Positions 38,926-48,691 of a stretch of 64,000 bases of DNA are shown here, one piece after another. The notes under the pieces were generated by a model. The model was not told the DNA's origin and searched no databases. It saw nothing but the letters and a program-made list of their open reading frames with translations. Position numbers and translations under genes: made by a program. Each line of letters begins with the position of its first letter. The stretch's first letter is position 1. The DNA comes from a virus, in IMG/VR virus record IMGVR_UViG_3300027963_000040. The stretch is one strand, 5' to 3'.

Positions 38926-39018
38926 GCAGTAATGTCGGGCGGAACCCCACCGTGCTCCCGACTGTTCCTTCGGTATTACCCTCTGTGCCTCATTGCGTCT
39001 AGATTCGCATAGAACTGC
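38926..39018 (-). ncRNA. candidate structured RNA before the terminator
   Basis: GCAGT/ACTGC, TGCG/CGCA and GTCGGG/CCCGAC stems. Confidence 0.35.
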
Positions 39019-39025
39019 CTTGATT

Positions 39026-39241
39026 TTATTTAGTCGAAATACGCGACTTTTTTTTCGGTTCAACAAAATATTTTTCAAGCATGAATGCTGGAGTCCAGCC
39101 ATCAAACCCATACCCACGATTGAAATTGGTCTTAGCAACTTGAGCATCTTGAACCGTGAGATAAGTTCCAATGACTTGTTCAGTTCGAGTTTCTAGTAGA
39201 TCCCAAGCCTCACCGCTCTTCATAATCTTGTAATTCATCAT
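39026..39241 (-). CDS. conserved hypothetical protein downstream of gene 41
   Basis: N.G.GFDGWTP.F motif. Confidence 0.7.
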   Translation of the reverse strand: MMNYKIMKSGEAWDLLETRTEQVIGTYLTVQDAQVAKTNFNRGYGFDGWTPAFMLEKYFVEPKKKSRISTK

Positions 39242-40647
39242 GCAAATCCTTCAAAATCTTTCTTACCAAACTTAGACTTCTTTTTATAGAAATCGCTATC
39301 ACGTTCGCCGAAGTCAGTTTTGTCCATTACCGGTCGATCGTCAACCAACCCTTCCTGAGCATCCTGTTCAACATCGAACAATTTCATCTTAGACCGATCG
39401 ATACCAATAACAAACCTACGATACGATGCAGGATCGTTGTATCGATTCTTCAGCTGCTTGACCATAATCTGACCGAGACCTTCTAGTTCCTCGGACGTAA
39501 TAAGAGCAAACATGAAGTCAGCCGTCGCCGGAAGACCAAACGACTCGGAAGTATCTTCAAGACCCACGTCGCTGTTACCGAAACCAGAACGAGTGGTCTG
39601 GGTTGCAGAAACGATTGGAACATTGAACTCAACTGCCAAGCCACGAAGCTCCTCAGCAATCGCCTTCACATACATGTAGGAGTTGACGTTGTTGCCGTAC
39701 TTCATTCTAGACGAAGCGCAGATGTTCAGATAGTCGATGTAGATTATCTCTGGGCTAAAGTTCTTTTTCAGCTTCAACTCATTGATCAGGTGACGGAAGT
39801 TAGCTGAACCAGCTGCAGCTGTAGGATACTCCTTGATGATCAACTTACCAGTCGTCTTGTTCTTTACGCGTTCAAGCTTCCGGTCATAGGTTTCCTTGTT
39901 CATCTCACAGAGCTCATCCATGCTAACATTCATGAGATTAGCGTCAATACGCTCGGCGATGCGTTCCTCAGCCATTTCCATAGTGATATACAGAACGTTC
40001 TTGCCATCAAGCAGATTGCCAGCCGCGCAGTGACACATGAACAAAGACTTACCCACACCCGTTCCCGCGAGCGCGATGTTTAGTGTCTTGTTCGGCAGAC
40101 CGCCCTTAGTGATACGGTTGAAGTAGTCTAGGTTGAATGGAACCTTAGATTCCTTGCGGTGATAAAACTCGTAGCGAGAGTCAGCATCATCAAGGAAGTT
40201 GTGACCGATGTTTGTATCAAAACTAATTCCCAAAGCATCAGAAAGGATCTGAGGAATGCTACCCTTATCCTTCTTCTGATCCTTGTTATCTAGAATCTGA
40301 ATGGATTGCATGATCGCGTTATAGACCGAACGTTCCTGAACGAACTTCTCGGTCTTATCAACAATCCACTCAAGCTCGGTTTTAGGGTCGTAGTCTAGAA
40401 CCTCTATGTTACTGACGATAGTCTTGACCTGATCATCGTTGATCCCATTCATACTAACGAGATCGATAGCGAGAGCTTCCTTGGTTGGAAAGCGATTATA
40501 CTTCAGTACATAACCTTCAATGAGCTCGAAAAGAACCTTATCATCACGGTCTTGAAAATGCTCCTTCTTTAGGAATGGGATAACCTTTCTACCATAGTCC
40601 TCACGAAAGACTAGGTTACCGAATATGACTTGTTCAAAACTGCTCAA
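39238..40647 (-). CDS. 41: T4-like replicative helicase gp41
   Basis: AGTGVGKS, IYIDYLNIC, ATQTTRSG, SESFGLPATAD, KQLKNRY. Confidence 0.96.
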   Translation of the reverse strand: MSSFEQVIFGNLVFREDYGRKVIPFLKKEHFQDRDDKVLFELIEGYVLKYNRFPTKEALAIDLVSMNGINDDQVKTIVSNIEVLDYDPKTELEWIVDKTEKFVQERSVYNAIMQSIQILDNKDQKKDKGSIPQILSDALGISFDTNIGHNFLDDADSRYEFYHRKESKVPFNLDYFNRITKGGLPNKTLNIALAGTGVGKSLFMCHCAAGNLLDGKNVLYITMEMAEERIAERIDANLMNVSMDELCEMNKETYDRKLERVKNKTTGKLIIKEYPTAAAGSANFRHLINELKLKKNFSPEIIYIDYLNICASSRMKYGNNVNSYMYVKAIAEELRGLAVEFNVPIVSATQTTRSGFGNSDVGLEDTSESFGLPATADFMFALITSEELEGLGQIMVKQLKNRYNDPASYRRFVIGIDRSKMKLFDVEQDAQEGLVDDRPVMDKTDFGERDSDFYKKKSKFGKKDFEGFA

Positions 40648-40862
40648 TCGTTACTCCCTTCTAATTTTAGAATACCCAACACGTAATTCTCTGACATATC
40701 CTCCGCGTATCGCAGAGTATGATCAACCACTTCTCTGGTTCCCATCAGAACGTCATTCTCGTAGAACTCCACGAGAAAACCTTTGTCCATTTTGTAAATC
40801 GTCGAGTGTCGGACATTTCCAGTCTCGCTGGAAATAGTGTTTTTGATACATTCATTCTTCAT
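40644..40862 (-). CDS. hypothetical protein
   Basis: Between uvsX and gene 41. Confidence 0.65.
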   Translation of the reverse strand: MKNECIKNTISSETGNVRHSTIYKMDKGFLVEFYENDVLMGTREVVDHTLRYAEDMSENYVLGILKLEGSND

Positions 40863-41889
40863 CGCGAATCATCTCTCCTTGTCCAAGCGAATACTTTTCC
40901 TTGATCCATTCTGCGAACCTAGTCTCTTCAAGGATTGCCTTCCAGAAGTCACTGTTATCAATGATGTCAGCCGCACGATAGTTCTTACCCATGATCTCAC
41001 CAGTTTCCTGATCAACACGTGCATACCAGCCTTGCTTTGGCTTTACAATGAATTGACCCTCTAGAGCCAGGTCAAGCATACCAGACCACCTATTGATACC
41101 CGAATCAAAACTGACAGTGATAGGAATCTTAGATTTCTCCTTGAGGTAGCGAGACTTCTCAATGTTAATAACAAAGTGATAGCCAAGAAGCTCCTTGTCA
41201 TCCTTGTCCTGCTGACGACCAATGATCCAGATGTTGTCAGCTGAGTAGTAGATGCCAGTTCCACCGCTGACGACTGCCTTAGAATACATCTCCTGGGTCA
41301 TATAGACGTGATTGACCACGACCATAGGAATGTCCTTGAGAGTCAGGTGAGGAGTGACCATACGGAACAGAGACTTCAGCTGCTTCGCGCGAGTCATGTC
41401 AGCAGCAGAGCTCTGCTTCATCGCATCCTCAACTTCCTTCTTCGAAGCCAGGTTACCGACCGAGTCAATGATGATCATGATCTTATCATTACGCTTGATC
41501 TCACTCAGCTGATGCATCACATCAAACTTGAGCTGCTCGATATCAGTGATGGGTGTATGGACCACGGAATCTAGTGGTACGCCGAATGAGGTGAAGTAAG
41601 ATTCTGGCGTACCGAATTCTGAGTCGTAGAATAGGATGATACCATCCGGATTCGCTTTCAAAAATGCAGAAGCCAGCAGCAAGCTAAATGCGGTCTTGAA
41701 GTGTTTTGATGGCGCAGCAAGAACCGTAAGCCCAGGAGTCAATCCGCCATCAATCCTACCGGAAAGAGCGACGTTGATCATAGGAACTCGAGTAGGAATC
41801 ATATCCTTCTTGCCGAAAATCTTTGAATCGGTCAAAGTTGCAGTAAAATCAATGGTGCTGTTTTTTATCAGGCGTTCTCGTAGTGACAT
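40852..41889 (-). CDS. uvsX: RecA-like recombinase UvsX
   Basis: APSKHFKT, FYDSEFG, DMTRAK, SGGTG. Confidence 0.96.
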   Translation of the reverse strand: MSLRERLIKNSTIDFTATLTDSKIFGKKDMIPTRVPMINVALSGRIDGGLTPGLTVLAAPSKHFKTAFSLLLASAFLKANPDGIILFYDSEFGTPESYFTSFGVPLDSVVHTPITDIEQLKFDVMHQLSEIKRNDKIMIIIDSVGNLASKKEVEDAMKQSSAADMTRAKQLKSLFRMVTPHLTLKDIPMVVVNHVYMTQEMYSKAVVSGGTGIYYSADNIWIIGRQQDKDDKELLGYHFVINIEKSRYLKEKSKIPITVSFDSGINRWSGMLDLALEGQFIVKPKQGWYARVDQETGEIMGKNYRAADIIDNSDFWKAILEETRFAEWIKEKYSLGQGEMIRDEE

Positions 41890-41933
41890 ATGTTTCTCCT
41901 TATTGGAACTTCATTATACCGTCAAAGGCAAGA

Positions 41934-42290
41934 TTAGTCAAGCAGTTTATCCATCTTCTTGATGAACGCATCAACACTCTTGATACGATCCTTACCTGGC
42001 CACTGAATGATATCTTTCTCTGGATTCTTCTTCAGATTCAAAAGCAAAGGCATGATCATATCTCGAAGCTGTTTGAGCTTCTCTTGATCAACAACTCTTT
42101 CTACCTTAGTGAAATCATCTTCGTTCGCAAACGTGAAGCCAAAATCGTGTTCTTGTTCAGCCATTTTCTTTCTCTTTTCTTGCTCTTTTTTTGCCGCGTC
42201 TAAAATAGACGGGTGATGATTTTCGCACTGCGGGATACACTCTCGGTATAGACCACACGGACACCCGCCACCATAGTCATACTTCGCCAA
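41934..42290 (-). CDS. conserved hypothetical protein downstream of gene 43
   Basis: DFGFT, IMPLL.NL.KNPEK..I.WP. Confidence 0.7.
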   Translation of the reverse strand: MAKYDYGGGCPCGLYRECIPQCENHHPSILDAAKKEQEKRKKMAEQEHDFGFTFANEDDFTKVERVVDQEKLKQLRDMIMPLLLNLKKNPEKDIIQWPGKDRIKSVDAFIKKMDKLLD

Positions 42291-44781
42291 AGAACGACTC
42301 CAGGCTGCTACGTTGTTCCGTATCCCAGCCGATGATCTCTAGGATCGACTTGATGGGATCGAGGAATGCCTTTTCGAATTGCATATTATAATCGACATAC
42401 CGATGGAGATCTAGTTCCTTAGGTAGGTCTTCGGCGACTGAGATCACCGTGTCGCCTAGAATGTTGGGCGTCTTGAGATAGGCAAACTTGATTTTATCAC
42501 CGTCGCCGATCAAAGGATACTTACGGGTCAAACCCTTACGGTTCAACAGATCGTTATACAGCAGAGCTCCCTTCACGTGAATCGGAGTCCCTTTGATGTA
42601 GATCGTCGAGCGATCCTTATACTTATTGAGACCCTTCATACCACGCGGGAAAGCCACGTCTTCAAAAGGCAGCTGCATGAACCTTTCCTTGAAATCGGCG
42701 ATATATTTTTGAACCATTGCCTCATCGCCGTTCATGATCAGCTTGATGGCTTCCTTGATGCTAGACCTGCATGCCTTCGGAGTTGAAGATCTAACAGCCT
42801 CGATGCCTTGAATCTTCAGCTGAGGCTCGTTGTATTGCACACCCTCAATGTTCCAGGCATTGAGAATATACATCTTCTTACCGCGCCAGATGCCTTTGTC
42901 TGCGATGGTCTCTCGCTTCATAAACATCTTTTGCTGGTACGCATTCATATAATCCGCAAGCTCTTCGTAGGACTTGTTGATAACTTTCTGAATCTTTTGC
43001 TCGCAGAAAGCGTCAATTGCCTTTACAATCTCAATAGTGTCGTCTGATTCAACCAGGCGTGATAGAGGCTCCATGTTGACGTAAATCGAATCGGTATCCG
43101 AAGCGATGACGTAGTCAACCTTATCCGTCTTGAGAGTTCGGTTGAGATACTCGTTCATCTTCCGCTCGATCCAGCGGATAGACAGCTGACCAGACATAGT
43201 GATCGCCTCAGCCATATCAAAGCTGAACCACCTGAAATATTCATTGCCCAGAGCGCCGTAGGCTGAGTTTAGCTGAATCTTTTTGGCAAGCTGCAGATTG
43301 TGATACCTGGAGATATCGTTACCGATCAGCCTACGTTCCTCGGTCTTTTCCTTCGGCGTGTTCTCAAGCAGCTGCTTTGCTTCAAGCATCTTCTTCTTAT
43401 ACTCAACGCGATCGTTATACATCTTTTCCATCAGCGCAGGCAAGAAACCCTGCTTGTCTTTCCGGAACTTTACTCCATTCGCTGCCACTGCGTGCGGACC
43501 TTCAATAACCGCATAACCTTCAACCAGTGACTCAACGACGGGAAAGAAAGGTTCCTTCTCGACGATCATCTCGGGGCTGATGTTATATTGCATGATGAGG
43601 TGAGGATAGAGGCTGTTTAGGTCGAAGGAAACGACCCACTTGCTCATACCAATCTTCGGTTCCTTGACGTAACCACCAACCAGATTATCGTAGTTCGCTG
43701 TCTTTTTGAACTGATGAATGACGATGTTACGATCAAGAAGATAGTTGTGAATGATCACATCCCATGGGCGAACGGTCGTCATCGTATCAGCGTAGTTGAC
43801 CTTAGCGTCATAGGCGAAGGCAATCACCTGTTCGATGAACTTGAGCTTCTCCTCGAGCATATCGATCAGCGTAACGTCGTGCACGTTATAATCATAGAAC
43901 TTCTGGGGATTTTGAACGTACAGCTCATTCAGAGAACCGTACTCGGAATAGTCGAGCTTCTTAGACCCGAGCTCTTTTTCTGCAATGTTATCGAGCCTAT
44001 AGCTCTCCTGCATCTCAAACTTGAACTTTCTGTAGAGATTCAGGTAGTCAAGCACATTGACACCAGCTGGAGTGTAGGTTTGATTCTCTCTCCCTCGAAC
44101 CTCAATCTTACGTTCCTCAAGGATACCCCAAGGCGAAAGTTTCTTGGCTTCGTTCTGACCCAAGACAACGTTGATTCGGTTAACCAGATAGGGAATGTCA
44201 AAGAACTCGATATTCCAGCCGGTCACGATATCCGGAAGGTAGCGACCAGACTGCCAGATCTTCAGAAAGTTGCTAAGAAGGTGCCACTCATCCTTACACT
44301 TGATGTAGTGAACGCCATCGGCTGGTGTGTAATCCTTCATGCCAAACAGCACCTTCTCACCCTTACGACTGAGGGTGATAGCGGTTACTTCCTTGTCTGC
44401 TTTTTCAATGTCGGGGAATCCGTCTGACGAATCAGTCTCGATGTCGATACCGATGATGTTGATCTGTGATGTGTCATACTTCATATCGCCATGAAACTTA
44501 TCATGAATGAAGAGGTACTGGAAGTTGGTCAACCCGTAGATGTCGTAGTTGGAGACTTCTTCATACCTCTTGATAAAATCTCTCGCGTCGGAAATTGATT
44601 CAAAATCCATCCTGTTGACAGGCTTTCCGGCGAGGGTCTTGTATTTTGTGCTGGTCTTTCCGTCCGAGGGAATGAACATGTATGGCTTGTAGTTGATTAC
44701 GTCGGCGATCCGACGACCATCCTTGTAGCCACGGAGATAGACTTTATCCCCTCGCGAAAAAACATTGGTGTAGAAAAACAT
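42277..44781 (-). CDS. 43: family B DNA polymerase gp43
   Basis: DIET, SFDLNSLYP, KIQLNSAYG, SDTDS; no intein evident. Confidence 0.97.
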   Translation of the reverse strand: MFFYTNVFSRGDKVYLRGYKDGRRIADVINYKPYMFIPSDGKTSTKYKTLAGKPVNRMDFESISDARDFIKRYEEVSNYDIYGLTNFQYLFIHDKFHGDMKYDTSQINIIGIDIETDSSDGFPDIEKADKEVTAITLSRKGEKVLFGMKDYTPADGVHYIKCKDEWHLLSNFLKIWQSGRYLPDIVTGWNIEFFDIPYLVNRINVVLGQNEAKKLSPWGILEERKIEVRGRENQTYTPAGVNVLDYLNLYRKFKFEMQESYRLDNIAEKELGSKKLDYSEYGSLNELYVQNPQKFYDYNVHDVTLIDMLEEKLKFIEQVIAFAYDAKVNYADTMTTVRPWDVIIHNYLLDRNIVIHQFKKTANYDNLVGGYVKEPKIGMSKWVVSFDLNSLYPHLIMQYNISPEMIVEKEPFFPVVESLVEGYAVIEGPHAVAANGVKFRKDKQGFLPALMEKMYNDRVEYKKKMLEAKQLLENTPKEKTEERRLIGNDISRYHNLQLAKKIQLNSAYGALGNEYFRWFSFDMAEAITMSGQLSIRWIERKMNEYLNRTLKTDKVDYVIASDTDSIYVNMEPLSRLVESDDTIEIVKAIDAFCEQKIQKVINKSYEELADYMNAYQQKMFMKRETIADKGIWRGKKMYILNAWNIEGVQYNEPQLKIQGIEAVRSSTPKACRSSIKEAIKLIMNGDEAMVQKYIADFKERFMQLPFEDVAFPRGMKGLNKYKDRSTIYIKGTPIHVKGALLYNDLLNRKGLTRKYPLIGDGDKIKFAYLKTPNILGDTVISVAEDLPKELDLHRYVDYNMQFEKAFLDPIKSILEIIGWDTEQRSSLESFFGEV

Positions 44782-44832
44782 GCGCCACCTCTTTCATTCA
44801 TCATAACAGTATAACCCGGATGGCGCGAAAAG

Positions 44833-45447
44833 TCAAACGAATATATGCAGCGCCTCACTATAATGAGCCTGACGATCCGCAAGACCAATTGTGCCTCCGT
44901 TGATTTTCTTCGTGGCTGCTACCACGTCTCCTCTGTCTGCAATCTCATTCAAACCGTTCTTAGACCAGAACCAAGCAGCTGACACAGCAGCACCGTCTGG
45001 TGTTGAAAGATATTCGACAGCTTCTTCAACACTCATGCTCATATCGTTGGCAAAACGAGCGTAGTTGTCGTGTCCGGTTAGCTGAATCAGACCACGACCA
45101 CGATAACGATACCCGTCGCCACTTGACTCCGGACCGTTACCCATTCTGTTAGCGTAAACTCTGTTAGCGATCTTTTCGGGATTTCTAGCATACGCGCTCG
45201 GATTGACATCCCTAAAATACCGAGGGAACACCACCGGAAGACGTTCGGCTCTGTAGTTTAGATTCTCTTCGATGTGCGTAAGACCGCCAGACTCGTGACC
45301 CACCTGAGCCATAAACATGGCAATTCTTCCGGGAGTGTCGATCTGAAAAAGTATCAACGCATGATTGAGTGGTTCGACGTAACGATCGATAACGTTCGCT
45401 GGCGTATGATCAAAAAACTTGGCTAATTGTTCTCTTGAAACAAGCAT
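44833..45447 (-). CDS. GH19 family endolysin
   Basis: AQVGHES, ENLNY, YRGRGLIQLTG, SAAWFW, INGG..GL.DR. Confidence 0.92.
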   Translation of the reverse strand: MLVSREQLAKFFDHTPANVIDRYVEPLNHALILFQIDTPGRIAMFMAQVGHESGGLTHIEENLNYRAERLPVVFPRYFRDVNPSAYARNPEKIANRVYANRMGNGPESSGDGYRYRGRGLIQLTGHDNYARFANDMSMSVEEAVEYLSTPDGAAVSAAWFWSKNGLNEIADRGDVVAATKKINGGTIGLADRQAHYSEALHIFV

Positions 45448-45466
45448 GATTATCTCCTAACAAATA

Positions 45467-45486
45467 TGGGGAGCCGAAGCTCCCCA
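45467..45486 (-). terminator. intrinsic terminator hairpin
   Basis: TGGGGAGC-TTCG-GCTCCCCA. Confidence 0.75.
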
Positions 45487-45508
45487 TACTTATATCGGCG
45501 AACAGAAG

Positions 45509-45667
45509 TCAAATGCCTCTAACTCGTTTCATCCCACAAGCTATAGCGTTAACATCAGTGCGATTTAGACCGATATCTCTTAAATCGCGATCTGACAACC
45601 TACTAAGATCGGACATTTCTCTCCGAAAATTCATCATACTACAAAACCAGTTATAGACATCTAACAT
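45509..45667 (-). CDS. DUF1127 family small protein (52 aa, not in ORF track)
   Basis: MLDVYNWFCSMMNFRREMSDLSRLSDRDLRDIGLNRTDV...; LSDR.L.DIGL signature. Confidence 0.8.
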   Translation of the reverse strand: MLDVYNWFCSMMNFRREMSDLSRLSDRDLRDIGLNRTDVNAIACGMKRVRGI

Positions 45668-45673
45668 TTTTTC

Positions 45674-46156
45674 TTACTCCGTCAGCAGGGTTTTACCGGT
45701 CGAATCGTTAGCGTCAACGATTTCGATCTTCTTTGGCTTCTTATCTTCTGGAATGATATTCTCAAGCCAAACTTTGAGCATACCATTGATTAGGTGAGCG
45801 TTGTTGATTACAACGTTGTCCGCAAGAGTGAATTGGCGCGTGAATGCGCGGCTAGCAATTCCCATATGCAGATAGTTTGTTTTCGGCTCTGAATCAACCT
45901 GAGAATTACCCTTGATCAGAAGCTTGTTGTTCTCGAGTGTAATCTCGATATCCTGCTTGGCGAAACCAGCAACAGCCATTTCGATGACGTACTTGTTTTC
46001 GTCAGTCTTTTTCAGGTTAAATGGGGGATAGGTTGCGGCAGCGTTATTAGCGAGCCACTCAGCGTTTGCTCGAAGATTCTTGGCGATTGTATCAGCGCCA
46101 ACGAAAAAACGATCGAAATTGCTTGTATCCAAATTATATGTTTTCCAATGAGTCAT
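45674..46156 (-). CDS. small heat shock protein (IbpA-like Hsp20)
   Basis: YPPFN, IEMAVAGF, YLH.GIA.R.F.R.F.LAD, NGML. Confidence 0.93.
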   Translation of the reverse strand: MTHWKTYNLDTSNFDRFFVGADTIAKNLRANAEWLANNAAATYPPFNLKKTDENKYVIEMAVAGFAKQDIEITLENNKLLIKGNSQVDSEPKTNYLHMGIASRAFTRQFTLADNVVINNAHLINGMLKVWLENIIPEDKKPKKIEIVDANDSTGKTLLTE

Positions 46157-46162
46157 AGTCGT

Positions 46163-46180
46163 TCTCCTTATAAAGCGAGA
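46163..46180 (-). promoter_or_regulatory. ROSE-like RNA thermometer hairpin occluding the hsp20 SD
   Basis: TCTCGCT-TTATA-AGGAGA: UCGCU with bulged G opposite AGGA. Confidence 0.6.
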
Positions 46181-46247
46181 TTGAGGTTAATGCGTCCCGA
46201 AAGGCAACGCAAGGTTATTTATAGGCTACTTTTGCAAAAAGTCAAGT

Positions 46248-46469
46248 CTAATGAAACTTTTTTTTCATCCGTTCCTTGGAAGTGACGTAGATAGTCATTG
46301 TATCGCTATTGAGAAGATAAAGAGGAGACAGGTTGTTTTCTTTGAACACTTTACCAGTCTCTAGAGCATAAATAAAGGAGTTGTTCTTATCTTCCTCTAT
46401 CATAATTTCTGCTGCTTCGCGAATAAACTTCTCAGGGACAACTTGCATTGTCATAAACGATAATGTCAT
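46248..46469 (-). CDS. hypothetical protein
   Basis: ORF. Confidence 0.6.
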   Translation of the reverse strand: MTLSFMTMQVVPEKFIREAAEIMIEEDKNNSFIYALETGKVFKENNLSPLYLLNSDTMTIYVTSKERMKKKFH

Positions 46470-46487
46470 ATCTCTTTACCTTAACGG

Positions 46488-46862
46488 ATGGTGATTGAAA
46501 TGTTTGGTTTCGGATTAGGCAAACTCGGTTTGTATCTTGTAATAGCTCTAGTTATTTCAGGTGCTCTAGGTGGAATTTATATAAGTTGGAAACGTGGTAT
46601 TGAACACCAAGCTTTCCTAGAACTCAACCAGAGACAGTTAGAACAAACCGTAAGAGAACAAGAACAGTTTACGAGACAGCAGCAAGCGATTGCTGAACGT
46701 CAACGAGCCATAGCGCAAGAAATGGCACAAAGAAACCAGACTCTCCAGAGAAGAGTCGACCAAACAAATCGTATTATAAACTCCAATGCTAATGATAGAC
46801 CAGCATCGGATGTTTTGAAACAGACAATCGACCAGCTAAGAAGTGAAGGTAGACCAAGATGA
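46488..46862 (+). CDS. putative inner-membrane spanin (Rz-like)
   Basis: N-terminal TM plus coiled coil; overlaps a lipoprotein gene. Confidence 0.7.
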   Translation: MVIEMFGFGLGKLGLYLVIALVISGALGGIYISWKRGIEHQAFLELNQRQLEQTVREQEQFTRQQQAIAERQRAIAQEMAQRNQTLQRRVDQTNRIINSNANDRPASDVLKQTIDQLRSEGRPR

Positions 46863-47164
46863 GAATGATATTGATTCTAAGTCTGTTTCTGCTAACAGCA
46901 TGTGGGAACGAAACTATGACGATTCGTTCAACCAGAAACGTAGTTGTAACTCCAGATGAAGGAGTCTACAACTGCCAAGTTGTAGATACGTTTCCTGAGT
47001 CAGCAACCCTCACCGACTCGCAGGTTGCGAGACTCATTGTCACGTTATACCAAAACAACGTGCAGTGTAGGAATAGCATTGACGCTATCAAGTCTTTTCT
47101 AGAGAACGCAAGACAGACTGTCTCGGCTGAACCTAGCGCCGAGACTCCGAGTCTTCCTCGATAA
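46859..47164 (+). CDS. putative outer-membrane spanin lipoprotein
   Basis: LTAC lipobox plus two further Cys. Confidence 0.7.
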   Translation: MRMILILSLFLLTACGNETMTIRSTRNVVVTPDEGVYNCQVVDTFPESATLTDSQVARLIVTLYQNNVQCRNSIDAIKSFLENARQTVSAEPSAETPSLPR

Positions 47165-47327
47165 CCGGACGACCAACCATGTTGATGCTGGTGTTCGAGA
47201 TCTTACGAGCGAAATCGACTGCCTCGTTGAACATAGCGAATCGCTTGGTGCGCTCGACCAGGAACCCGAAGTTCTTCGACCCACGATCGTTGTTGACCTC
47301 GGCGTACGTGCACTTATAACCAACCAT
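47133..47327 (-). CDS. hypothetical early protein
   Basis: GAGGAG RBS, promoter 47359-47388. Confidence 0.6.
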   Translation of the reverse strand: MVGYKCTYAEVNNDRGSKNFGFLVERTKRFAMFNEAVDFARKISNTSINMVGRPVIEEDSESRR

Positions 47328-47395
47328 CTTATTTCTCCTCTCTCATCATATATAGGTTACTATAACCTATTTTTATAAAAAAGTCAAGGAGTTTT

Positions 47396-47776
47396 TTACC
47401 CTCGACGCGATAAAGAACCGATTTTGGTCATATCCTCGTTCTTACTGAGCAGCTGTAACCCACCCTTGTTATAGAGCGGAACTGCCCGACTAGCCTTCTC
47501 GAGGATGGCTGCTTTGGTAGAAGCCGACTCTTTATGCAGGTTAGCCATAATCCCACCGACCCTACCACCGTCGACGACCGTATTGCTCAGCTTGACCTCA
47601 TCGACCTTGTAAGAAGGTAGCGGCGTCCTATACTGCTTCGCCTTGGCTAGCTGATCAGGGTGAACGTTGTTACGTCGAAGCCACGCTTCATGCTCTGCCT
47701 TGGCTCGTAGCTGCTTGGCGTTGAGCTTTCGCTTACCGCTGCCATGGTTGTTGAAATGGGGACCGAGAAGCTGCAT
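47396..47776 (-). CDS. conserved hypothetical phage protein
   Basis: P.YNKGG.Q motif. Confidence 0.7.
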   Translation of the reverse strand: MQLLGPHFNNHGSGKRKLNAKQLRAKAEHEAWLRRNNVHPDQLAKAKQYRTPLPSYKVDEVKLSNTVVDGGRVGGIMANLHKESASTKAAILEKASRAVPLYNKGGLQLLSKNEDMTKIGSLSRRG

Positions 47777-47786
47777 TGTATATTCC

Positions 47787-47969
47787 TCAGGTCGAATAGC
47801 CGCGCTGGGCGCAGGTGGGTTGGACCAAACGAGTACCGCGAGGCAGCTGCGACAGACGTTCTAGAACCACTGCCCGACAGTGATCCTCGGAACGAAGGTT
47901 GGGCACCTCTACGTTGGTTCGAGCACCGGAACCTGCAACCAAAGCGAACGTAAGAACGTAAACGAGCAT
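47787..47969 (-). CDS. small secreted/membrane hypothetical protein
   Basis: Hydrophobic N-terminus, two Cys. Confidence 0.55.
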   Translation of the reverse strand: MLVYVLTFALVAGSGARTNVEVPNLRSEDHCRAVVLERLSQLPRGTRLVQPTCAQRGYST

Positions 47970-47980
47970 GGTTTTCCCTT

Positions 47981-48229
47981 TCAATAAAAAGAACCAGCGT
48001 GTAGATCGTTAACCTCTTCTTCTTCCTCCTCGACGATCGTCTTGAGGCGAATCGAAGCCATGAGCTCCTGAGCCTGTTCGTCCGGACAGTACCGAATCAG
48101 CGAGCTCTCAAGCCAACCGACGTAGATGGCGTATTGCCGCAAACGTTCGTGAATTTCTGGCTCCGATTCAATACCCTCGAACACAGCGTCCAAGAGCGTC
48201 ATAACGGCGATATAATTCTCTTCTCTCAT
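47981..48229 (-). CDS. hypothetical protein
   Basis: AAGGAG RBS. Confidence 0.6.
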   Translation of the reverse strand: MREENYIAVMTLLDAVFEGIESEPEIHERLRQYAIYVGWLESSLIRYCPDEQAQELMASIRLKTIVEEEEEEVNDLHAGSFY

Positions 48230-48250
48230 TTCATTCTCCTTTCGAAGGTG

Positions 48251-48631
48251 TTAACCTTGGTACTCAACCGTCGCCTTGATATAAGCCTCGCGGTCGTAGG
48301 ACAGACCCTCGCGGAAGCAGTAGTAGCCGTAGTCGCCACCCACGTCCGCAGCCTTCACGTGCTGACGTATGGCATCGCCGACCGAGATTTCCTGCGCCGT
48401 AGCAAGCTCGAACATCCGATCGATCCAGGAGTTCCAGGCGCGGTCATGACCCTCGCGCTCGCGCTCGAGCTCGCGGTCAAGCTCGATGCACATGGCTTCC
48501 CATAGACCCTGCTTGTCGTCTGGGCTCAAACCCTTCCAGACCCGCATGAAGGTAGCGCCAGGGCGAGTGCCATAGGCATCCTTGTGGAGGTCAGAAACGG
48601 TCGCATCATCGTAGGTGTAAATCATATTCAT
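48251..48631 (-). CDS. conserved hypothetical early protein
   Basis: SDLHKDAYG.RP motif; own promoter. Confidence 0.75.
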   Translation of the reverse strand: MNMIYTYDDATVSDLHKDAYGTRPGATFMRVWKGLSPDDKQGLWEAMCIELDRELEREREGHDRAWNSWIDRMFELATAQEISVGDAIRQHVKAADVGGDYGYYCFREGLSYDREAYIKATVEYQG

Positions 48632-48691
48632 ATTCCCTTTCCTATAAGATCATAATAGCGCGTTTTTGAAAATAAGTCAAGGAGTATTTTA

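Noticed and set aside
38878-39171. 97-aa minus-strand ORF
   Set aside because: It overlaps the conserved 39026-39241 gene and runs through a terminator
43714-44427. 237-aa plus-strand ORF (also 12617-13240 and 59430-59990)
   Set aside because: Antisense to well-supported genes (gp43, rnh, DUF2828); an artefact of codon bias
22083-44781. Introns or inteins in nrdA, nrdB, gene 41 or gene 43
   Set aside because: The ORFs are continuous and of normal length; the small ORF between nrdA and nrdB is a separate gene
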